Source of the DNA: Basidiobolus meristosporus CBS 931.73
Lineage: Eukaryota > Fungi > Basidiobolomycota
Reading direction: 5' to 3'
Assembly (NCBI GenBank): GCA_002104905.1
Contig: MCFE01000189.1
Span: forward strand, 1 to 64,000
Length of the DNA stretch: 64,000 nt
Shown here: one piece after another, positions 40,227 through 51,885 of the stretch
Position numbering within the stretch: the stretch's first letter is position 1
Layout: each line of letters starts with the position of its first letter
Translations under genes and position numbers: made by a program
Notes under the pieces: model-generated
What the model saw: only the letters and a program-made list of their open reading frames with translations
Databases searched by the model: none
Told to the model about the DNA's origin: nothing

Positions 40227-41437
40227 ATGAGCTCTCCACAAACAGTTACGATTTATGTCAGAGCACCTAACGGCTCTTTTACCAACTACCACATTAATAC
40301 TACCCCCGAATCTAGCATAGCCAGTATTAAACAGCATATATGCACTTCCTCCACCTTCAAGCCCTCACCCCAAGATCAACGTCTAATTTTCCAAGGGAAA
40401 CTTTTGTCAGATGAAGAATTAGTAGGAGAAATATTTGGCAAGGTACTTATTTCGAATATTTGCCCTCGAAACTTACTCAACTCCTTGAACAGGCTAATGC
40501 CTCTGCCTCTCGTGGTTTCTACCTAGTACTGAGGTCTGGCGCCACCGATAAATGCCAAACATATACCTCCTCATTCTCCGCGGTACGTTGAACCTAACGC
40601 ACTTTTGAGATCCAGATATTTATTCTCTATATGACTGCTGCCATTCGCTGTGCTCTCGTAGCCTTCGCGCCCCCCTTCACAGGCGTTCCTTCCTTCCAGT
40701 AGTGGCGATATTACAAGCCACCCCATCCCAAATTTAACCATCGTTGGTGCACCTCATCAATATCAATATGTTTTAATCAAGTAAGTGGTAGCATGTTGAA
40801 GCTTGGCTATGACCCCACACTAACGATGCTCTTTGCTAGCGATCTACCCTATCTAATGCAAACATCGAATCCAACAGCATTCATTACTAATAACTTAGGT
40901 AGCCTTAACTTGAGCCCTACCCCTCCTTTGGGAGCTCAGGTGCTCCCTGAGGTGCAACCACGGGTGACTGAAAGAACTCAACGTGACCGGCAATTGGCTC
41001 AATCAATGTGGCTGATCTTTCGTTTGGTGTTTTTTGCGTATCTGTTTGGCCAGGGAGCAAGCTTTGAAAGAATGATACTTATCTCAGTAGCCTGCATTGT
41101 AATTTTCCTGTAAGTGATGAAATACGTCTTTGCTTTAGTATTCCGCATAATAAGCCAGTATATCAGATGCCAATGTGACGGATTGCGTGTGGTGCGGGCT
41201 CGTATAAACCAGCTAAACCCAAGAAACCCACCAGAGATCCCACTTCCAGACCATCAAAATCAAGCGCGAGCACAGCATGGTAGCCAAGAGTCACAATCCA
41301 CCTCACTACCCCAAGAATTACCGACAAATACTTTAGATATTCTGAAGATTGCCGTCCTCACATTTTTCAAGTCAATTATCCCTAATGATCGAGTCCACGA
41401 ATTCCAACCGGATGAGGTAGACGATGAAGCATTCTAG
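40227..41437 (+). CDS. Ubiquitin-like-domain membrane protein (HERPUD/Usa1-like, ERAD), spliced
   Basis: N-terminal UBL (TIYVRAP...IASIKQHI...PQDQRLIFQGKLLSD...FHLVV), PHQYQYVLI segment, TM hairpin WLIFRLVFFAYLF, C-terminal LTFFKSIIP. Confidence 0.7.
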
Positions 41438-41803
41438 CCAGTTAACCCTGCCCCCATCCCATTAATCATTGTTGCCATCACCCATAAATACGGATTCGGT
41501 TATTGTCTAGGGCTAGAGTGCATTCAGCCTTCATTTAAACACCGTGTAACAGAAGTTCTGGCAACGGCCACTCGTTGCGGGTTGACGTTGGATTAGCATG
41601 ATGCAGTTTACTAAGTCACCATGTTACAGGTGGTACAAAGAGTGCGCTTGTAAGCACACTGTATTATTGTGAAAAACAATTGCCAAATGAATATTATGAA
41701 GCATATGTAACAAATAAAAAGGATGTAATAGGGATGATCTGAGATGCGAGGAAAAATCAGGTTGAATTGTATGTGCAAGGAATTTCCGAAAAATGGTCGA
41801 CCC

Positions 41804-44800
41804 TCATATGGTTAGCAAAGATATCTGTCGGTTTATATGTGACATCGGAAGCTGTGAGGAGATTGCCCCTTGTGGTACCTCAGCCACCGGAGGCGGATCA
41901 AGGTGAGGGTAAGCAACGTGTTCCTCTTGGATTATATGAATGTCGTTCGGCCAGAAGGTTCGCTTCACATAGAAAAACATCACGTTAGGGAGTAAAGCCA
42001 ATACACACCCCAGGAGTATAGCCAAGTAATAGTCCGGCATGGTATGCATAGCGACGAAGATGCCTTGATCCGAGAAGCCAATGAACTCGCCAATGTAGAA
42101 GAACAATACATAGGTGAGGAGGCTTAGGAGCAATGTGCTATATATTGGCCAAACCCAATTGTTAACCATCAAAGAAAACTTGGCGTAAACAATGATCAAG
42201 ATCATCGTGTCCGCCAAAAATGCCTGCATCCGCATATCCATCACCTGACCGTCTCCATACATCGCACCATTTTGCTGCAACATGGAAATGATCAGGTAGA
42301 CAGTAGCGGAGTGCCACAACGAGGATAAGCCCCAGTAAATCCATAGCTTGACGTTCCAATAATCGCCTGCCTTAACTTCCTTGTAGAGGCGTGGATATTG
42401 GGCAATCTTTTCTTCCACTATATCCTTGTCAAATATAGCTGCGGCAATCGGAGGAACACAGGTGAATATGACATTCCAGAGCGTCAGAAATACATCAATG
42501 TAAATGGACTGGCCAGACCAGGCACTCTGAATACCAAACCAGTATTGAACCGTGATTAAAGCGATACTCTTGTAAAAAGAGTAATAGATCATTCTCGCAA
42601 TCCTTAGGTGCGAAAAACGCCCATGAACACTCAACAGACGCCTTAGGGATTTGAATTCATTGAAAGAGTAATCGCTAGCGCGCACCGCCTGTGCCCCCTC
42701 CATGCCTTTGATCCCTATGCCTACGTGTGCTTCTTGAATCATGCTAACATCGTTGGCGCCATCGCCTATAGCAAGCGTGACTTTACGAAGTCTCTTCTTT
42801 ACGATCCTCACCACCAAGGATTTCTGTAGCGGAGTAACTCTACAGCATATTACCGAATGACACTTTTCGCTAATCCTCAGGAATCTGTCGATCAGCAGGT
42901 CGTTGCCTAATATGTAGACCAAAGCCTCTCCGTTAACTACAAGTGCATTCAAATCGGCTTCGTCGTTGTCGAGGAACTTTTCGATCTTCCCGATTTTCTT
43001 TCGACAATCGCTCTCAGAGTGCCCATTGAGGATTATGACCTCCATATCGGCAGAGAGCAGCCGAGAGGATTTTCCGATTTTGATGACGGTCTCCTGCTTA
43101 TCCCCAGTTAATAGCCAGATTTTGATGTCGCACCTGAGTAGATACTCGATGGTCTCTGGCACTTTGTCCTGAAGCTTGTCCTCAATGGCGGTACAGCCCA
43201 GCAGCAAAAAATCCCTTTCGATCAGCTCGCAAGCTTGGGCGATTTTGTTTTGTCGATCCGAGATGGCTCTTTCAGCATATTCGTATGCGGTTCTGAATGC
43301 ATCATATTCACTTGACGACAGTTTTCGCCATGCCACTACCAGAGTACGGAGGCCACTATCGGAGAAATGATCCAAGGCGGTTGTGACCCCATCTACGTTC
43401 TGACCTTCCTTGAGTCTGCTCAAGATCATGCTATCCGCTCCTTTACAATACAACTCTATCCCGTCTTTGGTTTCTACGATTACTGACATTCGTTTCCTGT
43501 CCGAATCGAACCCAAGGACTTGAAGGACTGTAAACTCTGCCCTCTTCCCAAGCATTGAGATGGTCATCTTGTTTTTTTTTCTGTTGACCAGCGTTATCTT
43601 GTTCTCTTTAAGCGCGGATAGAATTGCCACCTCATCTGGGGAAGGCGATTCGAACTCCGTCTCCTGGGTCTCTGCGTTCTCCACCAGCATCGCCTCATGG
43701 CACAATATCAGGGCACGGCAGTAGGCGTATGTCAGATCCCTGGTATGCCCAGTAGAATGCGCCAAGCCTGACATGCGTTTGAGCAGCGAGCCAGGATGAT
43801 CCAGCTCGTTGATCAACTTTTTTCCGATGCACCAGTGCGATAGCTTCATGATGTTTCTTGTAAGGGTGCCAGTTTTGTCCGAGAAGATGTATTCAACAAC
43901 GCCAAGGTCCTCGTTCAGGTTAGAGCTCTGTGGCTTCATTCCCTCCCCGTTAGAGCCTCTCATCACGTTGTCCCAGCTCATAAACACGATCTGGGCGATC
44001 CGGACTATCTCGACTGTCACGAACACTGAAATCGGGACAACGTACGTGTAAATCACAAAGAAAGTCATGAAATCGGCAATCACGCTCTGGTAAATTGAGA
44101 CATTAGCGAGCGGTTCTCAGGCGTGGTTAAGGAGCGGCCGTACCTGGGCTGCGGTTGCTTTCATGTAAGGAGTGACCAGATACCATGCATTGGGAAAAGA
44201 GTAGTTTCTCTGCAAATCCTATGGTTATCGGGAATAGTGTCAGTGACAGTCCAAGGAAGGGGATTTGCGATACGTACGGACGAAGCATACTCGAAACAGG
44301 CACTCGATATCAGCAAGAAGAAATTAAATACAAAGATTCCCAGCAGCATTTTATTTAGCTTCTTTTCCATCGTGGAGAATTTTAGCCTAGAGTTTTTGAG
44401 ATTTCTACGGGTTATAACTGTTAGCTTGGTGATTTTGCAAGGGGGCTCGATATCCGTTACACAACCTAAATATCTTGGTATCGGAGCCAACGTAGAGTGC
44501 AACCCCAAAGACGTAATCCGTATTTTTCAAAACAGTCCCACGAAGCAGCAGATTCTCTAGGCCGAGTGGCTCCACGCTTTGTTCGTAGCGATCATAAACA
44601 ATGGTGCGCCCTTCAAACGCAGTCAGCCTCTCGTTGGGACTTTCACACTGAATGCGCCCGTGTGTCTTGGCAAGTTTCTGTGAATGAATAGGCATCCTGC
44701 TTATTATATGGAGTGTTACTAGAGAATTGACGGATACTTGCCTGTGGAGTATTGGATTCGCGAGTGAATGGGACCGCCATGCGACGCTTCAGATTTGTTT

Positions 44801-45674
44801 CGCCGTCTAGCTCTACGGTCTCTACATAACACGTGTCGTCGTCCGTGCTGGTGCTCAAAATCATGATGTCAGCCGGGATTTTCTCGTTTTTGTGGATCTT
44901 CAACTGTTATCGGAGACACCGAGGTTAATCGTGATCTGCTCAGCACGGAACAAGAGGCAGGCCACCTACCACGTCCCCAGGGACAATCTTTTCGCAAATG
45001 ATCTCCTCCAGATTTCCATCGCGCACGATCGTATACATCTGGCTGTTGGCAAGCTTGTCCTGCTTGTAGCGTTTCTAAGGTGCGAACACTCAGCTTACCA
45101 ATACCGAATCCAAGTGCTGTGGAGTGTACATACATAGTCTTCAAGAGCATCCTTGACGGCCGTAACGGCGATCACAAATAGCAACGGCAAGATTTGAGTG
45201 ATTGGCTCCAGAGAAGGTTCGATCGCAACGAATATGGTCCCAAGTAAAAAATACAGGTTGTAAAACCTACGAAACTATGCAGCATACAGAAAGGGAAAGG
45301 CGGTTAGGTCGGCATCCGGAAGCAACTAAGCCAATGTCGGTGATTCGGAAGGACTGGCTTACCTGGTAGAAGAGGTTCTTTGGCAGAAACGTGACAAGGG
45401 TGTATTTTGTTGTCCGTATATAGTTGGTGGTGTAATTGTATTTCTCTACCAAGTGGGAGCCAGGCTCGTTGAACACCACTTCGTATTCGGGCTCAATTGT
45501 GTCTACCCCACAGAGGTGTGGTGCATCGAGTGCACTGCTTGTGCTATTGTTGAAGTGCTGAGTGTGAAAGGAAGGGCGAGACTTGGGAGGTATCTGAACA
45601 TCTCCACTAATCGAAGAGACTTGTGTAGAGGCTAATGACAAACCATCCCCGTCCGATAAGCGAAGATCTGGCAT
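41804..45674 (-). CDS. P4-type ATPase phospholipid flippase (DRS2/DNF family), multi-exon
   Basis: [89 protein letters not shown]. Confidence 0.95.
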
Positions 45675-47458
45675 CAAGATCGGAATGCTAAAGAATGAAC
45701 GTCACGGTGCTTTGAAAAGGACGCCTCGATTGAAAGAAACAAACAAACCCAGACTGTTGGAGCTCCCCAAGCGGTTTAATATCACCGGAAACTGGACGGT
45801 TCTTGGTGATGTACAAATTAGGACGTTGATTGTTTGTTTCAGAATCTTCATTCATATTCCTGAAAATCCAAATCCCAGCATATCCCTTAATTAGCTGTGC
45901 GTGGAAATTCAACCCAACTTCAGAGCAAATGATCGGTGCCATTCACCAATACCAAATGGATCGGAGATGGCATGACGCTCAATACAGCCCTTACACACAA
46001 TGGCCTCCCAGCCTCTCATTTGTTTCCAGCAATGCATGGTTGGAATTGTGCACGCAAATCTCAAATATGTTGGTATAGGGGCTTGTTTTCATTGTACAAA
46101 GGTAGGTTGCCATATGGCCAGTTGATTGGGTGAATGCCAGCCCTGGTCCTCTCGCGCGCAACTGAGAACCAGTCTTGGTGAGGGAGAACAGTAAGACAAT
46201 GAGTACACATGTATCATGATTCGAAACAGTGCGATGAAGCTCATTGTGAGGATTGTTTGGGATCCAGGGATAGGCAAAGTTGGAGACAGAAGGCCTTCCC
46301 AGGGACCTTCTGCTCGGCCAATCCTCATCCATGCTACTCACATGTTGTCAATAAACGTTTATTTTGGTTTAACTGTCATAAGTCTGCTTATCTGAACCCT
46401 AGGTCACTTAGAAAGCAGGGGTTTTTTAAACTGATGCGATTTCATTTTCGTTGGATGTTGTGATGCAACAACCCTAATTAAAACCTCCTCGGCAAACCTA
46501 TGATCTATGCCAACTTGGTTGCAAATACTTGGCTCATGTGCTAACTCTAGATGCAATGGTTGGCAACTTCGACCGACACATTAAATACGCCGCCATATTG
46601 CAAGGAGTATCATCTGGACTAGACACTACATGGAATTTCCATTCGATTCCACCTGGGCTGCTTCCTTCAACCTAAAGCATCGTCTGAAAATGAAGCCAAG
46701 GGAAGGACGCAAAGAAGCCCTGGGATCAATACAGGTGGCCAGAAACTCTGGAATCCTACGATGGTCAATGGCCGCTGCTCCTTTTCATAGCCTCACATGG
46801 GATAGCTATTGTAGATATAACAGCTAGCCCGATCCGCCACCGCAGCAGCTCGCATTTGGTACTCGCCGAGCAACTCCTCGCTTGAAATATTGGCTGGCTT
46901 GAAGAGCCAGCCACTCGACTCTAACCAATCTTCGATCTAACTAGTCTTGGACAACATATATCCAACGACTCATCTTGCTTACAAACATACTATCTCGTAT
47001 TCTGCCAGCAGCGACTCGAAAAATAGAAACTTGATTCCGAAGGGAATTCCACTCATCCTGGGCCCCTTGAAATTCGATTTCTAAAGCGGGATTAATAAGC
47101 AGCAGATTCACTGCGGCCCAAGCAGAGCCTGATCCACCTCCAACAAAATTTTACGACACATGGATTCAGCTCTGGAAATGTGTTTAGTGTGGAATCCGAT
47201 TTCATTAGATTATTATCCTAAATTGAAGGGCATTCGTTTTAGAAGGATGGTGTGGTGCGGTGTAGTGTGATGTAATGTAGAGAGGTTAGTGTCAACTGTG
47301 TTGTAAACCAGTTGCAAGGTGGAAAGGCGAATAAAGAACTAAAAATGACTTAAAGTTTTCTTTCGGTAGACATGAATAAACACAGTACATGTGTATAGAA
47401 GGAATGAGCTAAATCAAATATACATGGTACGTAAAAATTAAGGTCTATGGGAAAGTAT

Positions 47459-47986
47459 CTAATATTCTTCATCGTCCTCGCCACGTCCGGTATTAGGTTT
47501 TAGTGCACTGCTGCTGTTGCTTTTCGATGCGGTGTCGTCAAGGCAGTTAATTTTACAAAGAAGTTGTTCCAGACGTTCTTGGGTAGCCCGGTTCTCTTCC
47601 CTTAGTAGCTCCACCTGTTTCACAAGTAGCTTGTGCTCCAAGTCCTTGCGTTCAGCTTGGATTTTTAAGGCTTTCAGCATTTGATGTGACATGGACAAAA
47701 CCTCTTCGATTTGGTTAAGGGCATTCTTTGCTTTGGTTACACTTTGGGCTTTGGAAGGATTCGGCTTGACCTGCTGCACAGGAGGAGCAGGCTCCGTCTT
47801 ATGCTGTGAATGCGGGCCGATCAGAAAGCGAAGCTGTGGTGGTAGCATGTCAGCGGTCAGCCGGACGTTTTCCGAAGCGCGTGGGACGCTGGAGGTACTT
47901 AGAACGCTGGCATAACGTATGTGTTTATGAAGAACTGAGCGCTGAAAACGACACAAAGAGCTCTGTGATTTGGAAAGCAAAGACAT
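47459..47986 (-). CDS. Hypothetical 175-aa protein with mitochondrial-presequence-like N-terminus and coiled coil
   Basis: ATG at 47986. The S/R/L-rich N-terminus has no acidic residues for about 38 aa; heptad-like segment ALNQIEEVL...LEHKLLVKQVELLREENRATQERLEQLL. No family recognised. Confidence 0.6.
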   Translation of the reverse strand: MSLLSKSQSSLCRFQRSVLHKHIRYASVLSTSSVPRASENVRLTADMLPPQLRFLIGPHSQHKTEPAPPVQQVKPNPSKAQSVTKAKNALNQIEEVLSMSHQMLKALKIQAERKDLEHKLLVKQVELLREENRATQERLEQLLCKINCLDDTASKSNSSSALKPNTGRGEDDEEY

Positions 47987-49666
47987 TTTAGTGCAGAAGT
48001 ATGGCAGTGACTAAAACTTGGAGGTTAATATAATCGATTTGAAGGATTCAAAGGTTGTGAAAGAGTGCTTGGAAAGTACAATGCTTTGAATAATATCCAA
48101 AGTTTCAGAGTAATTCACGAGTGTGTTGATTATGGTTGGTGCAAGTGGCATGTCAATCGATGCACCTTCGGCTTATATACGTGCTTGCCTCACTCGCTGC
48201 GAAAATAAATTGATTTTATTTGAAATTCTATGATGAAGCCTTTATCCGGCCTGAAACAGATTCTGCCGTCCAGAGCCCCGATTGGGCTTCAAATCCTAGA
48301 GATCCCATTCTTGTACCCCCCAACAAGTGGGAAAATACAGCTAGTTTCCACAAGTGAAATATTACTGCAATTTAATATGCAATTGAGCACAGCGTCTAAA
48401 TTTCGCAATCTCCGTCGTTGCCAGCATACGCAGATTTGTTCCTCAGTTTCAACTCGATATTTTTAAATGGCCAACTGATTAAGTGGGCCAGCAATGTCTC
48501 ATGATGCCAGAATCCCTGGAAACCATATTTAGAACTTTTCAGACCACTCAGCTGATGAAGCACATGAGCCGGATTTGGCATAGTTTTTCCTCATAGTCTG
48601 TCAAGGGGAACCCACCGTCATGGATAAATCCACATGTACCACAGGTCACACCCACAAGTCCATCCACATGATAAAGGTCATTTGCGAGCTGATCGTTTAA
48701 TCCCTGATAATCTCCAATGGCTCTGCCACTAAGTGTAATTAAACAGGAGCTTCTCGGATAGATAACACCTGGTCTCCGCTTATCTTGGGCGCTGTTTTCT
48801 ATCATGGCTATGTGTGTTTCTAACCAATGAAGAACAGCGTCGCGATCGGAGGAGTGGCAGCGCCGCAAGATCCATTGTTCCCTGGTATGTAAGTCGGATT
48901 TACTGCCAACATCATGCTATGCAGCCCATGTCCATACCGATTTGACTCACTCAGGCAAGGATTTGTCTTGAGCATTCTCAAATTACACAAATGATTCATA
49001 CCTGAGCAGCCCAACATCGCAATTTAGATATATTACACTCGTAATTTACGTCAGATGGGTTCTGCAAACAGGTTCCTGATACGTAGAGCGAGTGGCGATG
49101 GAGGCTGTCTTATTGCGAACAGTACTTTCCGAATCCAACTTGGCTTTCTTTGCACTGCTACACTAACCCCCTACAGCCCGCACTCAGTTCAGAAGGAGCC
49201 TAGAGAGTTGAAGCTCTTTGCATACAGTTCGGGGAGACTTGGTGAATGTTGAAGCTGTCCTGGGAGTTCTCCAATTGCACACATGCCAATGGAAGATATG
49301 TTTCACGCCGGAGCCGCTGTTCTTTTTGGTTGGTTTGACAGGCATTGCTCAACACCCAGGGCTTTGGGGGAGCCCGAAGACATTCTTGGCAGGGTTTCAT
49401 CAATGAAAAACCCCAACTTGAATCTGTGATTAAGGACACCCTTGACTCATCACCCAGTTGATGGAATACCCATTGATTGATCGTGATTCACTGAGGATTA
49501 CTGGCCAACTGGCTAAATGATTAATAATTAATTGTCTCCTGCCGTTACCAACTATGTTGACTTAGTAATCAACATCATCAGCAGTCAGTTAAATATTTTC
49601 AATATCTGGGAAATTTTCGAACCGTCCTTTAGCAACTGCTCTTCAACTTTGTTGTCAGACCTAACC

Positions 49667-50682
49667 ATGGGCTCGAGTATATTGGCTGTGCAAGATCTCA
49701 AAAGTTTTACGTTTGATTTCGAGGAATTTATAAAAACTGAACTAGGTCTCGGCTTAAACAATGACAATAAAAACAAAGGTAGCCTTTTCCTAAATATATG
49801 GTCTCTCCAACTCACACCTCATTAACCCAACTCGCTGTAAGATGCCGGTGTATGTAAATTTTACTTGAAAGGAAACTGCGCGAAGGGATCGAATTGCCAA
49901 TTCAAGCACTCGCGCGGAGAGAAGGCCGTTGTGTGCAAACATTGGCTTCGTGGTCTTTGTAAAAAGGGAGATCAATGCGAATTCTTGCATGAGTACAATC
50001 TAAAAAAGATGCCTGAATGTTGGTTCTACTCCAAATTCAACGAATGCAGTAACGGTGACGAGTGCATCTATCTTCATATCGACCCGGAATCCAAAATCAA
50101 AGAGTGTCCCTGGTATGCCCGCGGTTTTTGTAAACATGGTATGTGTGTTTCTTTTCGTTAAGCGAGCTCTTTTCCTAAACCTTGCCTTCAGGCCCCAACT
50201 GCCGACACAAACACGTACGAATGGTTGCTTGCCAATTATATTTGTCAGGCTTCTGTCCCCAAGGTCCTAATTGCCCGAATGGACAGTATCCTTTTGTGAA
50301 CCATGTCTTTTAGATGATTGTATTATTTAACTATCCTTAACCAATGACTTCTACCTTTTCAAGCCCTAAGTATGAGTTACCAACGCAAAACAAAGAACAA
50401 GTTGAGGCTCAACCGGCCGATGCTTCGCAGGGCGCTAACCCTGACTCCGAAGAGGTAAAGCTTACATTACATATCGAAACACTACCAACTATGGCTGACT
50501 TCCTTCATAGCAGCCTCAGCAGTTTCAACAGCAAGGGAATTATCGTCCTCGTGAAGAAGTTACCTGTTTCAAGGTATTCAGCATGAATTTGGTTGAGTGG
50601 TGTTGCATTTTACTAACGATACCAATTGTAGTGCGGCCAGAAAGGCCACTATGCCAATCGATGCCCTATTCCTCGTATGTGA
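49667..50682 (+). CDS. YTH1: Cleavage/polyadenylation factor YTH1/CPSF30 (five CCCH fingers plus CCHC knuckle), spliced
   Basis: FTFDFEEFI N-terminus, VVCKHWLRGLCKKGDQCEFLHEYNLKKMPEC, KECPWYARGFCKHG, C-terminal VTCFK|CGQKGHYANRC. Confidence 0.93.
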
Positions 50683-51730
50683 GGGAGCCAAGCACGCTAT
50701 CTTCTGGTGCAACACGTCAATAGATAAATCCTCTCCCTTTAATTTTCAATTATTAGCTATCACCAGCCATCGGAACTTTATTCTTACTGTACAAAGCTTT
50801 TATTGGTGCCTGCCCGAAATCCATAAAATAAAAATATGCATCTTTAGCCCGAGATTCTTGATAGCCTCGTCATTGCTGAAGCCAAACTGCAGGGTAACGT
50901 AGGTGGTAGAAGTCGTAAATTGTACGAACATGAAATCAATACTGCCAAGGGTGCCTCAGCAATCTCAATTTAGATGGTGACATGGCAATTCTAGACTGTA
51001 TTTGTGGTGCTAATATGCATCATGGAGTGATCAATAGATTAATACTGGGCCAGAATGGCTCTGAAAATGGACTGGCTTCCCAATATCGTTTGATGAGATC
51101 GGAATCGTGGATTACTATATGATGAACAACACGATTCCTTTTCTGGGCAAAGGAAGGTTTGCCAATGACATAAATACCTTCACGTTGATATCTATCTTGC
51201 AAGGCGCACCAAAGCCATAAGCACTCTTTCGCTTACGTCACTGGCCGATATCCACACCCCATATGCTAGGCATGCTGTTGAGCCTGAGGTCAATCACAGC
51301 GCTCTCGATAAACACACATTCAAGCTGTAACCGAGTCGGACTTTTCTGGCATTGTACAAAAACGTCATTACTGGGAAACCAGCCCGAGTACGTCATTGCA
51401 TCTATATCAAGTTGCTCTGGGTAACATCAGTGCTAACATCGTATTCTGGATAGCATGCTGCATATTGCTTGGATTGGCCTCTAGGATTGCCCCAGTTTAT
51501 TCCAGAAAATACTGTAGCATTTTGATGCCATTCAGGATCATTATCAGTAAATCAGTCGTATTTTCCCTTCTCAAAACTCATTTAATATCTGGTGATTTGG
51601 AATACAAAAAATACATTTGTTCATGCACATATTTAGTATAGTTAGATCAATCTGGTCGATCACATTTTAAATGATATATGGTGGCTGATGACGAGAAAAA
51701 ATATATAAGGTTGACGTACTCCCAACTCCA

Positions 51731-51766
51731 ATAACACACACACATACACACATACACACGCACTCA
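51731..51766. repeat. Interrupted (CA)n microsatellite upstream of the TPS gene
   Basis: ACACACACACATACACACATACACACGCACTC visible directly. Confidence 0.8.
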
Positions 51767-51885
51767 CTCAGCAACTCCGCCTTTCCGTCATCCACTCTCC
51801 TCTTCGCTGATAATCATTTAAGCCCAGCAACAAGCACTTGACTTTCCTGAATTCAACCTCAACTACCACATTGCCCAACATAAAG

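Noticed and set aside
46640-47080. Minus-strand frame with few stops including EFLATCIDPRASLRPSL (kinase C-lobe-like)
   Set aside because: No upstream kinase motifs (HRD, DFG, APE) found; similarity too weak.
47248-47280. Degenerate 5-bp periodic run GGTGT GGTGC GGTGT AGTGT GATGT AATGT
   Set aside because: Short decayed microsatellite with no evidence of function.
48548-48868. 106-aa ORF with SGRAIGDY...GFIHDG loosely like FunK1 GRPL...GILHRD
   Set aside because: Catalytic residues are absent and a WFDR-like motif nearby is on the opposite strand, so the picture is inconsistent.
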